Source of the DNA: Albugo candida
Lineage: Eukaryota
NCBI GenBank assembly: GCA_040437565.1
Contig: JBDOQK010000066.1
Coordinates: 124,001 to 185,216, forward strand
Direction of reading: 5' to 3'
Length of the DNA stretch: 61,216 nucleotides
The translations under genes and the position numbers were made by a program. The notes under the pieces are model-generated. The model saw only the letters and a program-made list of their open reading frames with translations, was not told the origin of the DNA and searched no databases. Shown here piece after piece: positions 51,339 through 61,216 of this stretch. The stretch's first letter is position 1. Every line of letters begins with the position of its first letter.

Positions 51339-52312
51339 ATTCCAAATCGTCGATAAGAAGCTATCGCCAGTGACTATCCGCCAATTAGATTGCAGCAGTC
51401 TTGATTTCAACCAATACTTTTGAGCAGAGCACTCGACGAAATTGCGATCTGTCCGATGCTCTGATTGATATCGAATTGAGCTATGGGCTGGTGTGGAAGT
51501 GCAGATATTTGATTGATTGAATCGGGTTGCTTTGAGGAACCCAAGTGTACTTCTTTATGGATTCTTTAGTAGCAGCTGTGTGGCTTGCTTATCTTGCTAA
51601 TTAGAACTTGAAGCGATTGTCGATTGAACCATCATAGGATGCCGATGAAATTCTATACCTTTGCAACTTCCCGGCATTATACTGCATGCAGTAATAAGTT
51701 CATTCCAATATATGCGTAAGGCCCTCCAAATTTGAAGTNNNNNNNNNNNNNNNNNNNNNNNNNNNNNNNNNNNNNNNNNNNNNNNNNNNNNNNNNNNNNN
51801 NNNNNNNNNNNNNNNNNNNNNNNNNNNNNNNNNNNNNNACGATGTTGGCAAATTGAGAATACTATTATACAACTTGGAAAGAAAAGGTGAAGCAACTGCA
51901 CCAAGGAATATTTATATGCAGATTGGCAGACACTTGGTGGATCACCCGCTATCAAATCATATATAGAATTCTTTCAAGATCGCACGACCCATCCAAGAGA
52001 ACAGTGTGCCTGGGTATAGCTTTGCTAATTCAAGAGTTTGAATAGTGGTAGCATGGAGCAATAATGTCAAGCGCTACAAGGATACAACATCGCGAGCGGA
52101 GAGACGGTATACCGCAATTACTCAGTGGCTTCTCACGTCGAAGGACCGCTTCTCAGCTGTTAGTGTAAAGCGACCTCTTCCTTCAAGAAGAATGGAAGCT
52201 ACTTGGTGTCACGTAGCCTGAAAAGATTGGAACTATTTGCTTTAGCTGCAAATCAGCTGTGGGCTGTAAACCGAATGATGGACTGCAGTGATCCGGAAGA
52301 TATTTCTTTTTC

Positions 52313-52733
52313 TCATATAAATGTAAAGCTTTTTCCTGCTAACAGTGTCAACAAGCATAGGTCATTGATGTTGAGAGTATGCGTGTCTGTAAGCACACCT
52401 TTACAATCAACTGGGAAGTTCCTTGCTGTCGCATTATCAGGAATATGCGTACTGCATGTGAGATTCTCACATTCAGGTTTCGTCCATTTTGACATGCATT
52501 GGTATCGACACAATACAGCACCACTGCAACCAGTAATACGCACTCTTACCTGCATACCAAGAGCCTCTGCTCGAACAAGACTGTATTGAGTCATGACGAA
52601 TTCTTTGTTTACAGAGACCCTGTAATTGAGACAGTAACGTGGGAGGACCACCCGAAGTAGACGATCTGACCATTGACCATAAGCCAATGATACAGAGCAG
52701 AACTAGTACTACAGAAGATGATGAACAAGGCAT
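52313..52733 (-). pseudogene. Disrupted Cys-rich secreted protein
   Basis: Signal-like MPCSSSSVVLVLLCIIGL, then frameshifts into a Cys-rich segment (LCRYQCMSKWTKPECENLTC...VDCKG). Confidence 0.35.
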
Positions 52734-54134
52734 ACAAGGAATGAACTTTACGAGAAAGATACAACAATCTCAAAGTGGATGACGTAGATCACATGACTCT
52801 AACGAACCAAAAGTACAAGGCAAGCAGAGCATTGGAGGTATTCTACGTTTAGCCTGAAACATGGAAGCATTGAGTCGGAAACTTTGTTTACTTCGATTGG
52901 TGTCAACGAGTAGCTCGACAGTATTGACTACAAAGTTTTTATAATAGAGTAGATGAAGTAGGAGCGATTTATAGGTGCATTCAGATTGTCGTGCGACTGA
53001 CGTAGATTGTTTACAAACAATTGTTGAGCTTGACGGAAGTCCCAAAAAAGAGGTGGCAGCGCTTTTGTTAAAAAAATAGTGTAGCTAATACGTTCCCGCA
53101 AGAGCTATCCGATTCTTTCGAACGATATGAACCATGAGAATTATACCTAGGAAGAAGGACCTAAAGCTAGACCCTGCCCAAGCTCTTTGTGCCGTTGGAT
53201 TTCGACCTTAACCCATTCAACATCGATCCATGCGGTTAATATTAGCTCCTTTTTAATTCGCGAGGCGTGATTGTCTGCGGACACGTAATGAGTATGTCAG
53301 CTGGATTAGAGTCGAAAGAGGCTATGCTCCATTACCTTTACAATAACCGGTGTGCATAGCATTAAAATTCTGTTGTAGTTTCTCCAGGAGCTCTTCATTT
53401 ACATCCGTCATGGGATACTTTTTTCGAAGCTGTTCATATGTGGGCAAGTTGAAGAGATTTCCGTAAGGTTTTGTAGTTTTTTCAAAAAATTTTATATCCA
53501 ATGCGGCTTCGATGGCATCCGCAGTCTCCTGACAGAGTAGGGACATTCCAGATGGATACTCACGGGAGTGGGCGGGGGTAGGCGTCCCTGAATGTTGTCG
53601 ACTTAAAAGCAGTATAAATCCGGCGATTGTAATTCTTCGAGGTGTGACACGAGCCATTCTGGTAATTGAATCGGTTTGAATAGTCGAGAGTAAATTTGAA
53701 AGTGAAAGCAGGATAATTGCGTTCACTGTACATGCGCGGGTCTCCCACTTTGAGACGATTCCAAATTTTCAGAGCAAATACAGTAAAGAGGTCATTTATC
53801 ATAGTCTAAGGATCGGGTAACGCTGGAAAGTTGTACAGCTTCCCAAGGACATACACAAGCTGAAAAGGAAATGGAGTTTATTAGCTCCATGCTGATTTTG
53901 ACTGTACACATAGAAATGGTTTTACAATGAGAAACGGGACGTTTGCAAAGTCAGACGCACGATTCAAACCGAAGAATAAAAGCTTCTTCGATTGAAAATC
54001 GCAAGCGCGCCCGGCATACTGGAATTATCTCTTAGCTATTTACTAGCCAGGCTCCAACAAAGTTCTCCTCGCTTTTTTGATTTTATGCAACGCTGCTCTT
54101 TTAATATTCAGCTATAACCAATACATGCTCCTTG

Positions 54135-54330
54135 GTTTTTATGATAATATCCAACGCTGTTGCTGACTTTCGCGGTAAAGTCCAGTCTATTCCCCTTCGT
54201 TTTCTGATAACATTCAACGCTGTCCCTGCTTTCCTGGTAGAATGTAGACTATGCTACTGTGTTTCTGATAAAACCCAAGACTGTCCCTGCTTACCTGATA
54301 AATCTGACACCTGCTCCTCCATTTTCGGAT
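54135..54330. repeat. Degenerate ~62-bp tandem repeat x3
   Basis: Recurring tttYtgataa..Ycaa..ctgt.cctg..tt.c.g.ta units; on the minus strand they give peptide repeats such as LSGKQGQSWVLSE / LPGKQGQR*MLSE / LYRESQQQRWILS. Confidence 0.6.
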
Positions 54331-57300
54331 GAGATGAATGAGCTGGTACGACATTGCAAGCCCATTTTATATAGACACGTTCCAATAATGTCCAAATGAA
54401 TGAGTAACTAGGATAAGCTAGTTTTGGGTATCAGACACATTGAACGCCTTTAAAGCGCAATTTTGTAAAGCAAGTAGCGGCAATTCTATAGCATTCACCC
54501 AAACATCGTGACATCACAAAGAGCTCATTGACACCAATCAGAACCAGCTATACAAGGCAAAACGTCTGGCCTCCGATCATATTGCTATATCTCACAGAGG
54601 TGTAATGGCGCGCACAATCGTTCAAGTAATTTGATGATAAAAGTTTCCAATGGTTGCCATTTGCGGAGCGCAATGTTACTTATTTACTTTCCAAAGTATT
54701 GATGATAATCAGGAATGAATGCAAACAGGTAGAATCATGGGGGTTCTTGGCTTTAGCTGATCCAAATCAAGACACCAATTTGACAGCCATACATTTTGTA
54801 ACGGAAGTAGCTTCGACGCAAAATCTTCCAAATTCGACCTCAACAGGACCTTCGCGTTCTCAACAAGTTGAATATAGAAGAATGGTCACTATGATGGAAC
54901 AAGCTGTCCAACTTAGCGACCAATAAGCCAATAACTCACCAGGACAAGTCAAAGATCCAGTTTGGTATGCATTTACACACGACTGAATGAGGCATTCTAT
55001 CATCGACCGCTTTGGAATATAATAACAGAAATGCCAAGCAAGCAACGATAAGGCGTGGTCGTAAAACTACGTAATGCCTGTACAAAACACTACATAAAGC
55101 TCATAACGTTGTGAGGGGGGGGGGGTAGGATTTGCTTTTATTTGGTGCCGCAAAAGCTGATCAAGGTGGGTTAAAATCGATTTGGTAACACAAACATGCA
55201 ATGAGATGGAGTTTATCGTCAAGATGACCGTACATAAATCCCAGCGGCGAAGTTGTTGGAGTGTCACATGGACTTGGCCTTCTTGAGGAGTTGGAATCAT
55301 GGTAAGAAAGAAATTCTCAGCAGCAACAAACTGAGGTTTTGTCAGTTAGATGTCTGAGACGTTGAAGAATAATCCTGGGTCTTATACCATGCTTTCGACT
55401 CACTCCCGGCCGACTGAGCCACTCTCGAACATCTTGTTGCCACACTTCGAGAAACATTTGTCGAAAAGCTCTACGTGTCCAATAGCACTCATTACATTCA
55501 GGCGCATGAAGTGATTCACGAACTAATGTTCCGACAAAGCTTGTTCATTTGCTGTTTACGGCGGCTTCTCTAGGGAAAGTATCCTGGGAAATTTCAAGAC
55601 AGAGCAATTATCGGTTGGAAATGTGTCTCTTCTTTGCGTCTCTTCGATCGTAAGTGGAAATCAAGTCAGCATGATTAGATCGGTGATTTTTCTCGAGGCT
55701 AAATACACGCGTGATAATGTGTGGATATCGTCGATGCAACTTCGGATAATTTACACAGCATGAGACGTGGTGCATTATTAGGTTACGCACAAAATGACGG
55801 AAGAAACGTTTAAGATGGTGGGAGTTCTCTCATATCACAGACAATTTTGATCGCGACTCGTCCGAAGACTCATACTTGATCAATTCAATGCACTAATCCC
55901 GCTTGAAAGTGTGCTTATTGCGATTGCGATAGAGCGGTGATTTTGACTTTAATATTTCGATGACTTCGCGTCCTCAATATTCTTCGACACGCTAGCTCAA
56001 ATCAGTAAATTGTCAAATCGAGTCAAGAGCCATCCATCATCCTTGACTGTGCAACATTTGGACTGAAGCAGTACTTGATAGAATATATCCGTTTTTATTT
56101 ATCTGCAGTACCCCAAGAACCTATGGTGAACTCATACAGATGACATGAATTTGGTGGCAATAGAAGCTGTGAAAAAAGTTTTCATTGAAGCCAAGAAAGC
56201 TCAAACCAACCATTCGAATTCTTTATGTAGTAGTTGTTGCTTGTGGAACGTACTCGATGCTCACGACAAATTCTTAATTTCGTTGTCCTGGCAATTAAGA
56301 GCTAATAAATGCTATAGGCAGGTGAGACAATTGTCCATCAGGTACCCACCCATTTTCAACAAATGATGCGAAGCTCGGTGTACGCTTTGAATGCTTATGA
56401 GTTGGAAATCCGTCATAAATGGAGGTGTAAGTTATTGATGGTGATGAAGGTGATAAGATTGAAGGAGTAAAAAAGCTGCTGAGAGGAACACAAGTGGTTA
56501 ACCCGAAGAGCACTCTTCACAGGGTAACGCTTAAGCATCTTCGATATTTACGGCAGAACAAGTACCCGGAATGCACATCACTTACGATGCTAATGGATGG
56601 ACACGCTCTGTAGTCACGGTGTGATATCCCAACATGAGTACTATGGTTTAGTATCTGCGATAGAGACCAAATAAAAAGGTTCCATTCAAATGGAACATGC
56701 TTGGAATTGAATCAGGCTAAGCAATAATAATATTTAGGAGCTACTTGTTAGGGATGAAGTTCAGATCGTAGATGACTGCTCGATACCTAATACCATTCCT
56801 CCGGCCAATTTTACGACGCTCAATCTTTTCTATACACCTATGCTTCCTGACGTCCTTGCGTTGAGTCGATCACATTGTAGAGCGAACGTCATGCATTTCT
56901 GTCGGAGAACGATCAAAGAAATCCGTCGTACAGATGGCACAACAATCTATACCTTCATACGGAAGACTACTTGTCTGACGCCCGGGCATTTCTTTCCAGT
57001 ATAAGGAGAGACTAATATTCAGACCATTCACAAGAATTGATGGCTACTAAAAGTATGCGATCACTTCTATTTTCCGGCATACCTGCGCTAGTACTGTATG
57101 ACTGCTGNNNNNNNNNNNNNNNNNNNNNNNNNNNNNNNNNNNNNNNNNNNNNNNNNNNNNNNNNNNNNNNNNNNNNNNNNNNNNNNNNNNNNNNNNNNNN
57201 NNNNNNNACTTTTGGTTTTTGAATGTCACAAACAGAATATAATCCTCAACCATTTCTCTCTTTAGGTAGCCAAATTCAGCCTATGGACCCAATCATCAGC

Positions 57301-57577
57301 TCATGGTTGTACCTTACCTACCCTTTGTGCGTAAATCATTATCTCTACCAAAGTGGCGACTAATCGACAAAAAAGATGTCTATCATCGATAATGTGAGTT
57401 CATCTTCAAAAACTTTCAGCGACATGATTCCAGCATATTAATTTCAGTCAAGCATTGAATTTTCGCTGCTAGCTCGCTTTGAGGAATTCTTGATATACGT
57501 TCAAAGTCCAGCGCAGGTCCGAGCTATAGGCAACAACTATGAACATTCGGGTATTCAATTTGACCAGTTGCCAAACT

Positions 57578-57989
57578 GTAGCAGACTTTTGATTGAAAGT
57601 GACAATGTGATGTAACGCTTCAATAGATGTGAATAGAGGCTGATTGCATTGTTTCAGTCTACGGAATTACAAGGAAAAGACGCATGCTCAATCGTGTCGT
57701 GTGAACAGCTCGATTGATAGTTCCACTCATCGANNNNNNNNNNNNNNNNNNNNNNNNNNNNNNNNNNNNNNNNNNNNNNNNNNNNNNNNNNNNNNNNNNN
57801 NNNNNNNNNNNNNNNNNNNNNNNNNNNNNNNNNGTAGCAGACTTTTGATTGAAAGTGACAATGTGATGTAACGCTTCAATAGATGTGAATAGAGGCTGAT
57901 TGCATTGTTTCAGTCTACGGAATTACAAGGAAAAGACGCATGCTCAATCGTGTCGTGTGAACAGCTCGATTGATAGTTCCACTCATCGA
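57578..57989. repeat. 156-bp duplication flanking N gap; probable contig overlap
   Basis: 57578-57733 is repeated at 57834-57989. Confidence 0.85.
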
Positions 57990-58428
57990 GTGAATTCTGA
58001 TTGTGTTTATTAATTAAGTTCATGGGGTACATCTGGGGTAAGGAAATGTATATCGAAAGACTGATAGACTTTGATTAAAGAAGTAGAATGCTTGGAAAGC
58101 TAAGATTCGAAAGATCCTTTTCAATATAATGAGTGCAACGGAGCGGCACCGGCCCTGTAAACCAATTCGCGATGCCATAGTTTTGGCACAGCATTACACA
58201 GTTCACATTCTACGAAAGCATCTCGAGACTCAACGAGCTTGGTGAGCATCAATTCATCATCTCATGTGTGCATATCCACAACTGAACCAATCATTAGACT
58301 ATCATATATCTTATACCTAGACGTCAAGNNNNNNNNNNNNNNNNNNNNNNNNNNNNNNNNNNNNNNNNNNNNNNNNNNNNNNNNNNNNNNNNNNNNNNNN
58401 NNNNNNNNNNNNNNNNNNNNNNNNNNNN

Positions 58429-58913
58429 AGGAGGTGGTCCAACATAATGCGGCAGATTCAGAATCTACTTCTCAATCTATTGAACCCAGCTGTCGACCCG
58501 AGGAAGTGCACCAAACGATATCGAAATTACGCCTATGTACGGAAAAAAATATCCCGGCGGGGTCGGTAAAGAATTTCTGTGTGAAAGTCGATGAAGCTAT
58601 CCGTACCGCTCTGGCATATCTGGGGAATCAAATACCGAGTTTGTCCACCATAAAAAAACGCATTCCGAATAAAGAGACTCTTGCTGTTGGGCAATTGGCA
58701 TCCGCATACTTCTTATATGTATCATTGCTGGATATTGACCCAGCAAAGAGATCATTTACCTTTGACGTCGCCACTGCTATCCTTTGCGGATTATTTGCGT
58801 CTTTTGCTGCTCACAATATTCATACTAATGCGATGGAAGCTGCTCAATCGCACGCTGTGAAGACTTTTAGATCAAGACCGGCACGCTCCACTGGTCATAC
58901 GAACCAAGACTAG
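58429..58913 (+). CDS. Hypothetical protein, C-terminal fragment after gap, with hydrophobic segments
   Basis: About 160 open codons after the gap. No recognised motif. Confidence 0.45.
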
Positions 58914-60601
58914 AAAGCATACATCAGATGGACTCAGTCAGACCGCATAATCTGCAAGATGAATAAATTTACTGTTTTCGCTAAGCTTCCGCTAGTTGCC
59001 AGTCTTTCGCTATTTCTCAAACATTTAGCACAAGTGTTCGTGGTCAGTGCTAGAGTATCAGTATTTCACATGATCCTACTGCGTAAACTAACTGTCGCTA
59101 TGATATCGTATAACACAATCACATGCCGCCCTTTATTTGGCAAACTGTAGCTCATAGGTAAAAATATAATGGTGACAGTATATCACCAAATTCTCGACTT
59201 GCAATCGTTCAACTCCTACAAACATTTATAGCCAGCTATTCTTATACTCATTACGAGTGTCTGAAAGCTTGGAAGCTTGATCGTTGATCTATTTTGTGTC
59301 TCTTCAGGAAGATTCCTGGTGAAAGAGTCCCTTATCACAATAACAGTCAAGACCACGTTTGGTATGTGGGAATAAATCGGAAAACAAAGGAGATTACAAG
59401 TACTGCTCCATCCGGATCGGGAAAAAACAAGTCTCAAGAGTGTTGAATGACGAGTGATGTCTGTGACCTGTCAAGAGCAATATCGCATCTGAGATCTCAA
59501 CTTGGATGGCTGCATGCAATTTTTTGCCGCAAATTTTGATTTAAATTCCTCACCCTCTGCGTGAAAAGCGACCCTCTTCAAAGCAAATATCCGTCTTCAT
59601 CCCCCGACCACGCCTTAGCAAAGCCCGCTATAATTTATATTGTAATGTATTCTGAACACGGAGATTAGTCGTGTTCGGTCAACGATGATATGAAAAAAGC
59701 GAATTCATACAACATATTGGATTCTTGAAGCGGAATGAGTGCTAAAAGAATATTAAGGATCAGATCAGAAACTACGAAAATTTCTTTACACTGCTACATC
59801 TCGCATTGAAAACGATGCTTTGGGCATCACCTAATCGTTTTGAGTCAACTAACTGGCTCACGATCAGCCGAAAGTATTGTTAGAGAAGAACATCATGAAC
59901 TGAAATAGCCAATTTGGCTGCTTGAATGGGAAAATGGGAAAGCAAGTCCGTGCGTCACCGTCATTGTGAACAGATGGCTGCCCCGTTACACTTCACGAAC
60001 CTATCTCAAAAATTATTTCTATCAGCAGAAAATTTTGTAGAATCAAGTTGAGAGCACTCGTACAGTGTTTAATTGACTGGGAGAGTTTGTGACCACTTGT
60101 ATTTTCATGCTACCATCAGAGAGGACTTCACTGATCACATACTTTGGGCTTCAATTGCAGGGCATANNNNNNNNNNNNNNNNNNNNNNNNNNNNNNNNNN
60201 NNNNNNNNNNNNNNNNNNNNNNNNNNNNNNNNNNNNNNNNNNNNNNNNNNNNNNNNNNNNNNNNNNCCAGAGTATACATCATGTTTTTGTGTCTGCGTCT
60301 TTATCAGACAACGTGATATCTCTGAGCTGACAGCTTTCTGGCTGGTACCTAATTAGTCATTAGTTTGCAACAATGCGGTTGTTGCAAAGGAAAGAGAAGC
60401 AAGTCCATTCTTGACAATCGACTTCAAGCTAAGTTGGAGTAAGAAACTTGCTTTTTTGCGACCGCTAATGGCACGTGAATAATTCGTTGTTGATCGCCGA
60501 TTTGATTAGAGACAAATTAAGTGTGTTATTAACGACACTTACAATCATTATCAAAGTACGTGTACAGAGTTGCCAGAGTTGCATGTACAACAGTTATATC
60601 A

Positions 60602-61216
60602 ATGGACGTCACCATCAATGAAGATGTATTGGAGAAGCAGCTCAAAGACATTCTTCCAACGGTAGATGCCAGCGCTGTTACCATCAAAACAATTAGCGAG
60701 ATGATTCGCAAGCGATTGGATGCATCGCAAGAGGATTTAGTCGCATGGAAACCAGCACTAAAAGCACTTATTCCCAAAATGCTGGATTGGTGCAAAAACC
60801 AATCAAATACGCAACCGGACGAAATCGATGACAAAGTCATCAACGCTTCGTATCCAGAAAGTGATGAAGCATTAGAGAGCCAAAGTGACTACAGCGGATC
60901 CGAGGTCGATCGTAAGCAGGTAATGGACTTGATAAGGATTCTATAGCGAGTACACACACAATAAAATGTAGACCGAGAAGAAACGAAAGGCAAAGAGTGA
61001 AACGAAGTGGTTGAGAAAAGCGAATCCAATTAAAAAGACTCGAATCAACCAATCTTACAACTCTGATGGATTCCAAGCTCTAAAAGAATTAGCTCGAGTT
61101 GCTGGCGTGCTCAAGTAAACCCATACTTTTACCTCAGTGAGATCATCATAACTAAAGTGTGTTGCTTCAAGTCCGGCGATATATCGAAAGCTGAAAAGCG
61201 TTACTAATGAGAAGGA
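60602..61216 (+). CDS. DEK-C domain / HIRIP3-like chromatin protein, 5' part (possibly interrupted)
   Basis: LEKQLKDILPTVDASAVTIKTISEMIRKRL..DL..WKPALK is DEK-C-like. Acidic linker, then LKELARVAGVL / intron gtaaac...tcaag / PAIYRKLK. The stop at 60946 requires an intron or frameshift. Confidence 0.6.

Overview
Eukaryotic draft-scaffold DNA with 15 runs of 100 N. Gene content, a short GT-AG intron, compact secreted proteins and MULE transposons suggest an oomycete, plausibly an Albugo-like obligate biotroph (inference only). Intact or near-intact genes are few: a Pol-beta-type nucleotidyltransferase, two divergent secreted proteins that align with each other over most of their length, a zinc-finger/HNH nuclease, and partial coiled-coil, TPR, choline-transporter-like and DEK-C/HIRIP3-like genes. 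Much of the remainder is decayed copies of housekeeping genes: two ERCC6/CSB relics, NOC1-like and NOC3-like relics tail-to-tail, a tryptophan synthase beta relic, and DHX37. There is also a pepsin-fold pseudo-protease. Two defective Mutator-like elements with TIRs sit head-to-head, and a ~105-nt tRNA-derived, refolded Pol III-type element occurs twice, one copy just upstream of the HNH gene. Several apparent tandem duplications are contig-overlap artefacts at gaps. All family assignments come from motif recognition by eye; no database searches were run.
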